Shown here: positions 48,094 through 60,601 of the stretch, one piece after another
How positions within the stretch are numbered: the first letter of the stretch is position 1
How the letters are laid out: each line of letters begins with the position of its first letter
Source: Vairimorpha necatrix
Lineage: Eukaryota
DNA length: 64,000 nt
Assembly (NCBI GenBank): GCA_036630325.1
Contig: CP142737.1
Coordinates: forward strand, 124,001 to 188,000
Direction of reading: 5' to 3'
Translations under genes and position numbers: made by a program
Notes under the pieces: model-generated
What the model was told of the DNA's origin: nothing
Database searches by the model: none
Seen by the model: only the letters and a program-made list of their open reading frames with translations

Positions 48094-49668
48094 TCAGTTA
48101 GACGTGTCTTTGCACATAAAATGTATAATATCGTCTATATTTCTTTTACTAAGATTAATTCCTGAATTCACTAACTCTGTTCGTAAATTTTTACTCAAAC
48201 TTATCGTATAAAAATTTTTAAATGTTTTAAAATGTTCAGTCAACAATCTTGCCTTCTCATTATTAATCCCATAAATACCAGAAAAGGCATAAAAAAGCAT
48301 TTTATTTACACTCATATTCTTATTTTTACTTCCTTTTTCTATAAAACTACCATAACTCATTTTATAATTCCCATCTTGTACATTTTTGACTCTATTGTGG
48401 ATATTTTCTATAACAGTCGCACTTTCTTTAATATCATCAGTCTCAATAACAGTCATTCCTTCTAATTTTGTAGTAGTCAGAGATTGACATCCAGTCTCAT
48501 ATGAAATATTTTTAAAATCTGAAATTTTTAGATTTTCTACCAAATAATAAATATTTGTTATTCCTGTATCTCTAAGTCTATTTTTTTGCTCTTTATATCT
48601 TCCGTCAGTTATACTACTTACAAAATCGGAACCACATTTGCGTTCAACAATAAAATCACAAATCATTTCATTTTGAATCCAAGCGAAATCGCCAACTTCT
48701 AATTGGCGAGTCTCGAAATTTACGCCTGTGTTTTCGAAATATCCTTGGAAAAAAGATCTAAAATTCCTATTTTTGATTTCTCTAGAATCTATAAGAAGAG
48801 TAACTTCTGTGTCTGTGTTTTTTATTATAGAAGTGTCAAAAAATAACTTGTTTGCTGTAGTCAGACCTTCTTCCGTAATAAAATATTTTTTTGATCCTGA
48901 TTCTTTATACACAAAATTTTTATCAATTAGTGTTTTCATTCCCGACCAGGCGGAATTTCGAGACGTAAGGTCGAATTCGGTTGTAGAATAATTTTTAGCA
49001 ATTTGGATTATTTTATGTTTAGAAATGCCATTTTCAAGCCAAAGAGCTTTTAAAATTGCATATGGTCCGGTTTTATACCCCGGAATATATTTTTTTAATT
49101 GTTTCTTTTTGGCTAGAGGTGAATTTTTTATATTGTTAAAATTTTTTTTATCTTCTACTAATTTGACTTTATTGGCTTTTACTTTGTAATCCTCATTTAA
49201 GTTTGGATTCGGTTGTGAAAAAGATAAACAATCTTTTTTGAAATCAATAGTAACCATTTCTATATCTGAACCAGTTATATCACTTATGAAAAAATCTTCA
49301 TCAAAATGAGAAATTTCAACATATTTTTTATTTTCGCTTTCTTCAAAATTTTTTTTTTCGCTCTCTAAAAATTTTTCTTTTAGTTCGTTGTAATCTTTGA
49401 CCTGAAAAAATAATTTGTATTTTTCTAAATCTTCTAAGTTATTTGTTACTTTTTTAAGTTCTGTTTCTATGTGTTCACAAAGTAATTCTAAAGTTTTTGT
49501 CCCTACATTAGGAATATTCTTTATTTGTGTTTTAGATATAATAGGTTTATTAAATTTAGTAAATTCGTCTAGAATTTTCTTGTAAATAAATTTACTTTTT
49601 AATTTTGCTTTAGTGGCAGCTTCTAAGAGACTTTTAATTTTTGTAATTATAATTTTATTAACTAACAT
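48094..49668 (-). CDS. MUS81: Structure-specific endonuclease Mus81
   Basis: YIPGYKTGPYAIL winged helix; ERCC4 motifs IDSRE, LEVGDF, VERK, DGRYKEQK. Confidence 0.92.
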   Translation of the reverse strand: MLVNKIIITKIKSLLEAATKAKLKSKFIYKKILDEFTKFNKPIISKTQIKNIPNVGTKTLELLCEHIETELKKVTNNLEDLEKYKLFFQVKDYNELKEKFLESEKKNFEESENKKYVEISHFDEDFFISDITGSDIEMVTIDFKKDCLSFSQPNPNLNEDYKVKANKVKLVEDKKNFNNIKNSPLAKKKQLKKYIPGYKTGPYAILKALWLENGISKHKIIQIAKNYSTTEFDLTSRNSAWSGMKTLIDKNFVYKESGSKKYFITEEGLTTANKLFFDTSIIKNTDTEVTLLIDSREIKNRNFRSFFQGYFENTGVNFETRQLEVGDFAWIQNEMICDFIVERKCGSDFVSSITDGRYKEQKNRLRDTGITNIYYLVENLKISDFKNISYETGCQSLTTTKLEGMTVIETDDIKESATVIENIHNRVKNVQDGNYKMSYGSFIEKGSKNKNMSVNKMLFYAFSGIYGINNEKARLLTEHFKTFKNFYTISLSKNLRTELVNSGINLSKRNIDDIIHFMCKDTSN

Positions 49669-49789
49669 TCTAGGGGGAAAATTTTACAAATCAAATATTT
49701 ATAAAAATTACAAGAGCAGTCTTAAACATAAAAAACATCAATAAGATAAGTTTATATTATAAAAATTATATAAAAAAGTTTTTTTTTTT

Positions 49790-51289
49790 TTAATAACTTC
49801 TACCAAATAAAGTGTATCTTTTACATGTACCATTACAAATTATACATGTCTCATTATTAAATTCTTTAGATTCAAATGGAATGCACAGAGACTTCGCCCC
49901 TGCTAATAAAATTTTCCCATCTTCATATTTCGTACTTCGTTTTTTTATTTCTTCCTCACATTCCGATTTCTCGCACCACGGCGTCATCAGTAAAAAATTA
50001 TTATCTAAAAATTTGATAAATTCTGGGAAATCTTTGACGTATTTTATTTTGCTATTTTGTTCTACTAAAGCCTTGTCGTATAATTCTTTCTGTATTTCAT
50101 CAAGTAATTTACTTGTTATGTTGGCAATGTCTTCGTTATATTGTACTTGAGATTTCTCCCCCGTGTTTCTTTTGTAAACACAGATTTCTTTTTTTTCCAA
50201 TTCTTCGGGTCCAATTGTAAATCTCAAAGGGACTCCTTTAAGTTCCCAGTGGTTGTATTTATATCCTACAGTAATATTGTCTCTACTGTCTACCTGTGCC
50301 CTAATATTTGCAGACAATAGTTGTCTCTTGATTTTTTCAACTACATTTATTAATTTCTTCTTGTCTTCATCTTTAGTCTTTGTTTTTATACCACAAGGAA
50401 TGATTATCACTTGTGTCTTGGCCACTCTTGGTGGCAAAACAAGACCTTTATCATCTGAATGAATCATGACTGCTATACCCAAAGATCTGGTAGTAAAGCC
50501 CCATGAATTCTGATACACAAATTCCGAGCTATTGTCGTCTATTTGAGCCTTGACGTCAAACATCTGACTGAAAGTTTGGCCCAAATGATGAGAAGTGGCT
50601 GCTTGTATTCCTCTGCCTACTTGAGGAATAAACCCCTCTACTGTAGTGGAATAATCAGCTCCGGCAAACTTCTCATTCTCAGTTTTAATTCCCTTGATGA
50701 CAGGCACTGCTAATAATTCCTTATAGATTCTATAATACAAATCTAAAACATACAAGACTTCTTCGTCAGCGTCTGATTTCTTCAGATGGGCCGTATGACC
50801 TTCTTGCCATAAAAATTCTTTACTTCTGATCAAAGGTGTCGTGCCTCGCAATTCCCATCTCAAAATATTGCACCATTGATTAATTTTCAAAGGCAAATCT
50901 CTGTGACTGCTGATCCATTTCGCAAATGAAGGATATATGACAGTTTCTGAAGTCGGCCTAATTGCTACTGGTTCGTGTAAAACTTCATCCCCGCATTTTG
51001 TGATCCAAGCCACTTCAGGTGAGAAATCAGAAATGTGAGAGGCCTCTTTCTCTAAAAAAGCTTTAGGAATTAGCATCGGGAAAGAATATTCTTCAACATT
51101 AATTTTTTCTATTTCATTAGTGAACCATCTCCTAATTTCTGACCATATAAATTGTCCATTGGGTCTGAGAATATAACAACCCTTTACGTCGTAATAGTCA
51201 AGAAATTCTCCTTTGTCCAAAACTTGAGTGTACCAAGTTGAAAAATTTTCAGATTTTTTTACTGTTAAGCCAAATTTTTGTTTGCTCAT
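49790..51289 (-). CDS. Prolyl-tRNA synthetase
   Basis: IRPTSET, EFLWQEGH, QAATSHHLGQ, QNSWG, C-terminal GRSY. Confidence 0.96.
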   Translation of the reverse strand: MSKQKFGLTVKKSENFSTWYTQVLDKGEFLDYYDVKGCYILRPNGQFIWSEIRRWFTNEIEKINVEEYSFPMLIPKAFLEKEASHISDFSPEVAWITKCGDEVLHEPVAIRPTSETVIYPSFAKWISSHRDLPLKINQWCNILRWELRGTTPLIRSKEFLWQEGHTAHLKKSDADEEVLYVLDLYYRIYKELLAVPVIKGIKTENEKFAGADYSTTVEGFIPQVGRGIQAATSHHLGQTFSQMFDVKAQIDDNSSEFVYQNSWGFTTRSLGIAVMIHSDDKGLVLPPRVAKTQVIIIPCGIKTKTKDEDKKKLINVVEKIKRQLLSANIRAQVDSRDNITVGYKYNHWELKGVPLRFTIGPEELEKKEICVYKRNTGEKSQVQYNEDIANITSKLLDEIQKELYDKALVEQNSKIKYVKDFPEFIKFLDNNFLLMTPWCEKSECEEEIKKRSTKYEDGKILLAGAKSLCIPFESKEFNNETCIICNGTCKRYTLFGRSY

Positions 51290-51448
51290 TTTAGGGCGGA
51301 AAAAAAATGTAATAAAGATTCTTAAATCTTTTTGATTGATATGTTTTATAAAACTATAAAGATTAGTTGAGTTTTACTTGAAAAATTATCTTAACATTTT
51401 TTGTTGTAATATGTTTTTTGTACAAATTTATTCTGTTTAGCATATGTA

Positions 51449-52985
51449 CCGGGTTAAGAGATCCACCCCCAAAAGTCGAATTTTGCGACTTTATAAAAAG
51501 AAATTATTATACTAGTATAAGAGGTCCACCCATATAAGAGATCCACCTCCAGCCAAATGGTAAAAAAATTAATTAAAAAAAATGAACCCTTTATTATAAT
51601 AAACCTTTGTATTTCTATGTGATCTTCAAATGAATTCCACAGTCTAGGCCTTCGTCTTCAATTTTAGCACAATAAAGAACATCTTGAAGTTTATTGTTTA
51701 AATTTAAAGTGTTGTTTTCAAGAAAAATTGAATCTGTTTCACACGATCTAAAAGCCTTAGAAGCCATTTCAGGAGTTATTTTTTTAATGCATCCGCTATT
51801 GAATTCAAAATATATTCCCAGCTCGGTCTACGCATTTAACCTTTATTTGTATATTCCTTTAACCCGTTTGCAAACCATTCCTGCCATTTTCTTTTTAATT
51901 CGGCCTTAAATGAAGAATTTATCAAAACATCTAATGGTTGTAAATAAGACGTAGTTTTTGGGGGAAATTAAAACGGGTTCAATGTTATTATTAGCAACAC
52001 CTTCCTAACTTTTCCAGTATAATGAGATTTATAGGCTTCAAGAATAAGATTTTTTTTTATTTTCAAATGGCCCATATTTGTTAAAACATGCTCGAATCCA
52101 TAATAACACCAGATATTGATCCATGTTCCCCGATTCAGATGTAGCTACAATAATATTATTTGGCACAAAGCATTTTGGCGGTTTTTTAAGGTCTTTTAAA
52201 ATGGCCATTCCCCTTAAAACAGTACCTTCTGAGGAAATAGCAATAACGACGAAAATTTTAGTCTTCAGATTTCCAGTTGTATATACTTCAGTGTTTTTTT
52301 CACTGAGGAATAATAATGTCCGCGATTGCATCATATCAATGTACATAGGAGTTTCATCCATATTTTACACCACTGTTTGGCTGCCCAAAAGTTAAATTTA
52401 TGATTAAAGGCTCCAAAATAATTCAACACGGTTTATTTAATCTCCTAAGGCCTTCTGTTGTCTTCCTGTCCAAAAGATGTTATTTTTTTAAATGAAAAAT
52501 GATTTCTTCTTTTTAACCCCATCAACCAACTCATACTTGCCTTAAAATCTGTAATGGACAACTTCTCTGCTATTTCAAAAGCCTTACCTCTAATATTAAA
52601 AGTTAAAATAATTCGCTTCTTTTCACCTCGCTCTACATTCACCCAATCCACCAACATTTTTTCAAGAGGAGGCCATTTGGTAGAAGTACCGGCACGCATT
52701 CTTTTAGTATTTTTAATGTTGCTTTGGCTGATCATTTGGACTTCGGCCTTTTTCCAATCACGAAGCATTTTCCTAGTAATCTGCAACTCTAGAGCAGTCA
52801 TACTTATATTCCCATTGTTTTCACGTAATCTTTGTAATCCTACTAATTTTTCTTTAAGAGTGTACGCTTTTTTTTTCATGGGGTAAATTTAGAAAAAAAA
52901 TGAAAAGAAATTTCAAATATTTTATATCAATAGAAAAGATCCATGGTCTCTTCTATGGGAGGATCTCTTAACCTGGAAACCACGG
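51449..52985 (-). mobile_element. pogo/Tigger-like (Tc1/mariner) DNA transposon with disrupted transposase
   Basis: TA flanks (51447-48, 52986-87). TIR core GGTTAAGAGATCC at both ends, with the left end shortened. Subterminal TATAAGAGRTCCACC repeats. CENP-B-type HTH (FKASMSWL, 52445-52879) plus DDE_1 pieces (MDETP; LQPLDV on the minus strand ~51930). Confidence 0.88.
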
Positions 52986-54268
52986 TACTATTTATATCAA
53001 ATAAAAAAGAAAAAGCTTGTAATAAAATCGAATCGAAATTTTCATACAAAATAATGGTGCTTTTAAAAATTCAATTTTTAGACGATGTTTTGCTCGAATT
53101 ATAATATTTTTAATTTTAAACATGATTTCGAGTTTGAAATGCAAAAAACATTGCTGTAATTCATAGACAAGCAAAATTTAATGATTTACTAAGTCCATCA
53201 AATAATAAAATTTTACTAAATTTTTACGCCTTATTTAAAATATCAGAAATCCGCAAAAAAAAATTTCATTATAACATGCACCATATTTTTTGTGCATAAC
53301 CTTTAATCCATATATGAAATTAATTTAAAGCGTTTGTTCATATTACAATATTGCATATCGGTTTTCTTTTACAATCAATCGTGTTACTATTTGCCTCATC
53401 AAATTATTTCTATTTGAATATCTATTATCATGTTTTTATTGTGACATTGGCTGTTCAAACTGTGCGACGTGGCCACTCTTTGATTAAGGTCATAAAATTT
53501 ACAGTAGTCGGCTGTGTGTTAAAAGTATTTTCAAAGGCTATATTGATATTTTTAAGCCCAAAGTAATTGTATATCTTTTAAATGAATTATTTTTCTCATT
53601 TTTTATATTCTAATCCATGTTTAGAGCGGAACACTATCTAGCACATAATTGTACAGTGAACACTTGAACTTAATTAATAAGTAGTCATCGTAATGTGGAT
53701 TAAAATTCGTAGTCACTATCCTGACAACAAAAAATTAAAACCTTTTTCCTGTGCATGACCGTTTGAAAACTGCATTGAAAATTAAAAAAACGTGAAAAAT
53801 AATAAGCATTAAAAAAGACTTTGCGGGTTAACTTGAATAATGAAAAAAGATGATTTTGACGCTGTTTTTTTTTAAACAAGACCTAAGGAATTGTAAATGT
53901 AATCATAGGAGTTGTCCTGGTTTATTCCATGTTTAGACCGATTATCTCTCTCGGAAAGAAAGCAAAATCTCTCAATTTGTTTGATATTGTGTCTCAGAGT
54001 CGTTAAAATTAACGAAATTGACAACGTTCTTCACAGTCTTGTGTCCATCCCTGTTATTTGTCTATGAGGCATCTTATGCTCTCCATTTATCACAATAAGA
54101 CTCGTTAATATATTATCTTGTATTGCCTCAAGGAAACTTGTATCATTTCTACTGAACACAAAACAAGTAAAGCACACGCGGGTTCCACATTATTCAATTT
54201 CTTTAAAATAGACGTTAATTTTTTTTTCCATTTCAAAAAAAACTCATCTGTTTTAACAAATTTTGTAA

Positions 54269-55027
54269 GGTACCCTTATAGCCCAATGGTAAACAGCGAT
54301 GCTTTCAAGGAGAGAAGGCTGGGTTCGATACCAGGGCAGCAAAATTGTTTCTATTTTCTATGATCATTGGAACAACTCAGATGATGAAAATGCCCACGAT
54401 AATCATTATGTTGATTCAATGAAACTTGTGTGTGTCAAGCCATAGGGTAATTAGCATCTAGTGTAGAAACGTACCTTAAGGACAAAACATGCGATCCTCT
54501 TGTGGAGACTTAATGATACATAAAAGTATCAATGACTACGGCCTAGTTGGAGCCCATAGCTGGCGCGCTTTAGTATTGGATCTGAGAGTTAATAAGAGAC
54601 TAGATGAAGTGGGGCAGTAGAACGTCGCGTGGACTCTATCCTACACGAAAATGTAACACGATGGCCAAAGCTAGTGGAAGATTGCTGTAAATGCAGCCCA
54701 ATAAAAACGCCGGACTCTTAATTTAATTAAGTTATGAGCCGTGTGTGCAATACTGATGATTGTAGGGATCTTTAAGTCGGTACGGTGACATCTCTCCTCG
54801 GGTAATATGTAACCATGCCTGTTAGGTATATCCACTGTGAGATCACTCTGGAAGGGGGTTATGGTTTCTTTGATGACAGATTCTTTTGGTGCCAAATTTT
54901 TATAGATATGGCTTAGTTGCTGCGCCGGCAGGTTATATTGAGGGAGTTTAGTGAGAAAGAATCTCATAGTACCAGTGGATAAAAATCCCTATGTAATATT
55001 ATTCCCTACTTCTCACTTGCAAAAAAA
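54269..55027 (+). mobile_element. tRNA-headed SINE-like retroposon, copy 2 (diverged)
   Basis: Collinear with 21018-21805. A-box TAGCCCAATGG, B-box GGTTCGATACC, ends ACTTGC-A7. No TSD visible. Confidence 0.88.
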
Positions 55028-55966
55028 GAGATTATATTGCATTTACAGCCAATAATGAAACCATTAATATGTACAAAGATTTTATTTATATTTTTTAAAC
55101 CTCATTTTTATGGTTTTAAATTATTATATTAATAATATCAAAGTTATATTTAACATTTTATTTATATCGTTGTAAAGCGTTTACTTTATGTTAAAAGCTG
55201 CTTCCTTTTCTTTCATAATATTTTTAGATGATAAATTTTTTATTATTTATAGTAAATATTTTACATTTGATACTTTGGGTAAGTATCTACAAAAAGTGAT
55301 TACGTGATAATTTCAGCCACTAGATTATCATCCTTAAACACTATATATTAATGCGGTTTATTAAATTGTTATTTTTAAAAGAGTTAATTTCAAAATATCG
55401 TCAACTTCGTTTTTTAAATTTATTTAACCCTTCAACAGAATTCCAAAATGTTTAAACATCGAGAATTTATAAAAAAATTTGTTTGAAAATGAGCTCAAAA
55501 CCATCAGATCTCATCACATAAGAATTTTTGAAATTGCCTGTTCTAAATTCTTATTTAGGTTTAATTTGTAAACTACATTTTGTTTATCTTAAGTTTACAC
55601 CTCTCCATTTTTTATTTCGACTAAACTGGAATCTTAAAAAAATGAGAGAGGATGTACTTAAAAAAAAATATATAAATCAAGTTCTTAAAACGGGAAAGCA
55701 TATTCTATTGTAAACTTGCTCTACTAGGAATTACAAATGTTGGATGCTTAAAAGACTGCTAATTAACTAAGAGATATTTTCTACTTATAAAACTTCAGAG
55801 TAGTAGGATAATGGTATACTTTGTACGATGAAAGAAAGTAAACCAAAAAAATCTGTATAAATCTGATTTTTAATATTTTGTCTTTGTTGGCCGATAGATT
55901 TTAGGCGAGTTCTGCCATACCTCAACCAATAAGAAATTAACCCACTATAATTATAGATCTTTTATT

Positions 55967-56500
55967 CTATATTTTTAGTATCTCGTTGACTTTATATAAA
56001 TTATTCTTCTTTATTATTACTTCTGTATATAATAAATTGTTCATTCCTCTTCTTATATCTTCTTTACAATGTTTTTCTATCTCTTCATAACTTGCTTCTT
56101 TATTTTTCACTATATACTGAAATATCTTTATATTTATATCACTCTCATGATAATACGCAGAAGGCATATAAAGAGAAGTATACACAGATCTGTATATATC
56201 TGCACTAAATGATATCTCTAAGCCCCGTGGATCTTTACTCACTACTTTATTGTATGTTTGTAGTCTGTCTATCGTCTTATTTCCTTCTACTTTGATCTCT
56301 AAATACTTAAACTTAGAGACTTTAAAGAGTAAATATTCTATATTTATATTGGTGATGTATAAGTCCAGATTATTAATATAGAAATACTCGATAATGTCGA
56401 GATCTAAAGAGAAGAGAATGTATTTTACTGAGGAACTAATAGAAGAAGAAGATTTAAGAGGGGTCTTATTAGAAATATTCTCTGTAATGATAAGGGCCAT
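55967..56500 (-). CDS. Hypothetical protein with a possible C-terminal winged helix
   Basis: ATG 56500 after cccc; 177 aa; coding-like composition. Confidence 0.65.
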   Translation of the reverse strand: MALIITENISNKTPLKSSSSISSSVKYILFSLDLDIIEYFYINNLDLYITNINIEYLLFKVSKFKYLEIKVEGNKTIDRLQTYNKVVSKDPRGLEISFSADIYRSVYTSLYMPSAYYHESDINIKIFQYIVKNKEASYEEIEKHCKEDIRRGMNNLLYTEVIIKKNNLYKVNEILKI

Positions 56501-57823
56501 ATAAAAAAGAAAAGGGGTAAATATTTTATAAACCACAAAAATACTCTTTTGTGTTACATCTACTCTATGTTTAATTTTTTACACTAATGCTGATTTTAGC
56601 CATTTTTATAATTCATTTTTTGTTTCCTTTTATTTATGCTATTTTTCCTCTTGCTTTTTTTATATTCATCTCCTAGAAACTAAGTCGACCCGAAAGAAAG
56701 TTCAACAAAGTTAAGGCAAATAACTAGGTCATTATTAAAAATTCATCTGCCTGGTTGGTCAAAGTAATTAATCGAAATTAACCTGAAGCAATTTTTGCAT
56801 CTTATAAAATGAAGGATCTTTTGAAGACAAAGCAAAAAATGTCTTATTGTGGAACAATTAGCTAATTGTGTGTCAAATATTGGAATTTGATTAAATGAAA
56901 GGCCAACGAGCAAATTAAATGTACTGCCTCTTTTTATGTACTAAATATAATTTAAACAGTTAAAAAAGATATGTCGACACTCAAAGCAGGGCATCTTGAA
57001 AATTACAGAGCTGAAAATCAAAATGCCGGGAATATTTGCAAATATTAAAAAAAAGCCTGATACAAATAGGAAAATATATAAATGTTGAATTATCTAACCA
57101 GGATTAAATTACTATAGTCGAGAATGTTAGATAGGAAAACATGGTCCTCTTCTACATTTTTTCAAATCCAAAAATGGAGACTTATGTACAAGAATTGAAT
57201 CTTTTTGATCCAAAACTATAGAAATTATATTATACTATTTTCTTTTAACTTTTTCTTGCTGCAAAAGCCAATTGGTTTTGTAAAAAATACTTGAAAAATT
57301 AGCTCATTAGTTCGATAACAGGAATATGGACAGAATAATGAGCTAAAGTTTAAGTTCATAATTTTTGGATGAATAATTGTATAGTAAGATTAAATTATTA
57401 TAAGCAAAAACATTGGCCACAAGCTATAAAAAATAGATCATAACGAAAATTGGTTATAAAAAGTAGCGTCTAGATTTTTTAAGTTGGTCACAAAATGAAT
57501 AAATCTTTTCGTTAGTGTCTAATTATATGTCTAGTGCCATATTGAAGTTGAAATATTTAAAATTATAGCATCCTTTTTGGAATTAAATTTAACGATAATA
57601 ATTTTAATAGCGTGCTTGCAAAATGCCATCTATGTGAAACTGTTTATTATAATTTGTTAAAACTATCTAGAAGCAGTTCTAGACTTTTTTTTTGTTTTTT
57701 TTTTTTTTTGGGGGGGGGGGCTTAAAAAATAAAAAAAAACTCTAAAAAATGAATTAAAAACGGCTTTTTTATTTTTTTTCTAAAAATGTCAATATAGATT
57801 TATTCTTCATTTTAGCCCATAGT

Positions 57824-59803
57824 ATGACTGAGATGTATCGAAATGATCCACGGAAAGATATCGAAATTTATAAAGAAGAGATATCAGCACCAGCTAAATT
57901 TAGAAAACTAACTCCAGTAGAAGAAAAAAAGATCAAAAGAAGAGAAATGGAAAATTTGTATATAAGTGATAATCATACCATGTTAGATGATATATCTGAT
58001 ATAGAAGTAGAACTACTTAGACATCCATCTGGTCTTGTCACTAAACTAATGGATTACCAACTTTATGGAATATCATGGATGAAAAGTAGAGAAAAAAGCG
58101 ACATTAAAGGCGGTATATTAGCAGATCAAATGGGTATGGGTAAAACAATACAAACTATCGGACTATTACTTTTGGGAACTTCAAGTGACGTGAACTTAAT
58201 AATACTTCCTTCTATAGCACTTAATCAATGGATCGAAGAAATAGAAAGACACGCGCCAGGAATGTTCAATATTATGAAAAATTACGGAAATCTTAAAATG
58301 AAAACTGAGACATATCAAAAAAATCAAAATAAAAAAATTGATATAATTTTAACGACTTATGGAACAGTAGAAAATGAATACAGAAGAAAATCAGGAATAT
58401 TGTATTCTATGGAATATACAAGAATTATTCTAGACGAAGCACATTATGTCAAAGATTCTAGATCGAAAACTAGTAGTGCAATTTCATTATTAAAATCGAA
58501 ATATAGATGGGCTTTGACAGGGACGCCTGTACAAAACAGAGTAGGAGACTTGCTTTCTTTAGTTAAATTTCTTAAGCTCTTCCCATTTTCTCATTATTTT
58601 TGCAAAAAATGTTCTTGTACTTCGATTCATTGGCTTAGGTACAATGAAAAAGATGAGTCGCACTCTAGAGGATTTTGCGTCTGTGGACATTTTGGCGCAG
58701 TTCATTTTTCGTGGTGGAATCGGAATATTGCTACACCAATAAAAGAATTTGGATATACTGAAGAAGGTAAAGCGATATTCGATAAACTACACAAATTCAC
58801 GAAAAAAATTATTTTAAGAAGAACAAAATTGGGTATTGAGGCGGAATTAGGATTGCCTAGTAAAGTGGTTTCTATTGATAGGTTATATATTAATGAAAAA
58901 GAATTAGATTTTTATAAAAGTTTATATTCTAATACAAAAAGTAAATACGATGAATACAATCTTAGAGGAGAAGTAGTAAATCATTATGCGCATATTTTTG
59001 ATCTACTTTTAAAAATGAGACTGGCTGCTAATCATCCATATTTAGTATATAAAAATAATGAAAATGCTATGAGTGACATACCAATTTGTGGATTTTGTAA
59101 TGAAGAATGTGACGATCCTGTGATTTCGAAATGTAAACACGTTTTTTGTAGAGAAGAAGCTAAAAAATTTTTACTTTTGTCTTCTGAATGCCCAGTTTGT
59201 AAAATCAAAATAACTATCGATTTAAACCAAGTTTACGAGTACAAACTTACCACAAAACTAGATCCCACAAACTGGATGAGTTCTACTAAAATTGAATATT
59301 TAATTGAACAACTTACAAGATTAAATTCTAACAAAAATAAAATTGAGAAAAGTATTGTTTTTTCTCAATATGTAAATTTCTTAGAAATTTTAAGATGGCG
59401 ATTAGAACGAGCAGGTTTCCGATGTGTTACGATTTATGGGAACATGCCACAAAATCAAAGAAAAGCTGCTATAGAGAAATTTAATAATGAATCAGAAATT
59501 ACTGTATTTTTAATTTCTTTAAAAGCTGGTGGGGTAGCTTTAAATTTGACGGAAGCCAATAATGTCTTTTTAATGGATTTATGGTGGAACCCGGCGGTAG
59601 AAGAACAAGCTATGGATCGTATTCATCGTATTGGTCAACATAGACCTATTAGAATTCATAGAATTATTATACAGAATTCTATTGAATCTAAAATTTTGGA
59701 ATTACAAAAGAAAAAAAAAGTTTTGTTTGAATCAGCAGTCGAACAGAATTATGGAGCGGTAGAAAAGATTAATGAAGAGGATCTTCATTTTTTATTTTCT
59801 TAA
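57824..59803 (+). CDS. RAD16: Rad16-like SNF2 helicase with RING finger
   Basis: GGILADQMGMGKT, LDEAH, TGTPVQN, Rad16-type Cys insert (YFCKKC...CGH), RING, WWNPAVEEQAMDRIHRIGQ. Confidence 0.93.
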   Translation: MTEMYRNDPRKDIEIYKEEISAPAKFRKLTPVEEKKIKRREMENLYISDNHTMLDDISDIEVELLRHPSGLVTKLMDYQLYGISWMKSREKSDIKGGILADQMGMGKTIQTIGLLLLGTSSDVNLIILPSIALNQWIEEIERHAPGMFNIMKNYGNLKMKTETYQKNQNKKIDIILTTYGTVENEYRRKSGILYSMEYTRIILDEAHYVKDSRSKTSSAISLLKSKYRWALTGTPVQNRVGDLLSLVKFLKLFPFSHYFCKKCSCTSIHWLRYNEKDESHSRGFCVCGHFGAVHFSWWNRNIATPIKEFGYTEEGKAIFDKLHKFTKKIILRRTKLGIEAELGLPSKVVSIDRLYINEKELDFYKSLYSNTKSKYDEYNLRGEVVNHYAHIFDLLLKMRLAANHPYLVYKNNENAMSDIPICGFCNEECDDPVISKCKHVFCREEAKKFLLLSSECPVCKIKITIDLNQVYEYKLTTKLDPTNWMSSTKIEYLIEQLTRLNSNKNKIEKSIVFSQYVNFLEILRWRLERAGFRCVTIYGNMPQNQRKAAIEKFNNESEITVFLISLKAGGVALNLTEANNVFLMDLWWNPAVEEQAMDRIHRIGQHRPIRIHRIIIQNSIESKILELQKKKKVLFESAVEQNYGAVEKINEEDLHFLFS

Positions 59804-59986
59804 AAATGTTTTTTAAGTTGTCAGGGAATATTTAATTTTTACCTTAAAAATAAATTAATTTAATTTTGTTTTAATTTTAAAAATAAGTATTTACATTATA
59901 CTTTAAACATTAAAAACATTATTTATAATATTTAACTTGTCAAAAAATTTTATAATTTTCAATATAAGAATTTTTAACTTATTTTT

Positions 59987-60577
59987 TTATTCGTGTGGAT
60001 CATCTGAGACATAATAAACCATAATATTTCCAGATTCCGCTGTTAAATGAAGTTTATATGAGCCTTTGTCATATTTCGGCATATCCATCACCATGTCGGC
60101 CGGCGCCTTTACAGTAAAAATTAACTTATCTTTTAAGCTTGGGATGCTTTCTAAGTCATTAAATGTGACATAGGCCTTTTCCAAATTATTTTGACACTGA
60201 GAGAGTTCGTTTATTTTATTATTTAATTTTGCTATTTGCCGATCGAGATCTTTTTCTTCTTTACTTATAATCTTCTCATTACAAGAATTAATATTTTCTT
60301 TATTATCGCTTTCACTTCCAATATGCTCATCAATATTTCCACCAATCCACTTTGCACTACTTACAGACCATTTACTTAGAAGACCTAGTCCTTCTAGTAC
60401 ATTTGTAATATCATAAACTCTTCTTTTATGGACTCCAAGTTCACTGGCGGCTGTGTTTAAATTTATGACTTTGTCCTGTGAAGATCTTATAAGTTGCATA
60501 AATTTTTTCGTCAAAGTGAGAAGACTGTTCTCAGATCGAGCAGATGATAACTTGTCTGAAGTGAAATATTTAGTCAT
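59987..60577 (-). CDS. E2F-family transcription factor
   Basis: SLLTLTKKF, KRRVYDITNVLEGLGL, AYVTFNDL, VKAP. Confidence 0.92.
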   Translation of the reverse strand: MTKYFTSDKLSSARSENSLLTLTKKFMQLIRSSQDKVINLNTAASELGVHKRRVYDITNVLEGLGLLSKWSVSSAKWIGGNIDEHIGSESDNKENINSCNEKIISKEEKDLDRQIAKLNNKINELSQCQNNLEKAYVTFNDLESIPSLKDKLIFTVKAPADMVMDMPKYDKGSYKLHLTAESGNIMVYYVSDDPHE

Positions 60578-60601
60578 AAAAGGGATATTTTTAATCCTTA
60601 A

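Noticed and set aside
53821..55435. piggyBac-like TTAA-CCC/GGG-TTAA ends
   Set aside because: Wrong relative orientation, with no extended TIR or transposase
57684..57720. Poly-T/poly-G run before RAD16
   Set aside because: Simple homopolymers with no telomeric repeat or other supporting structure
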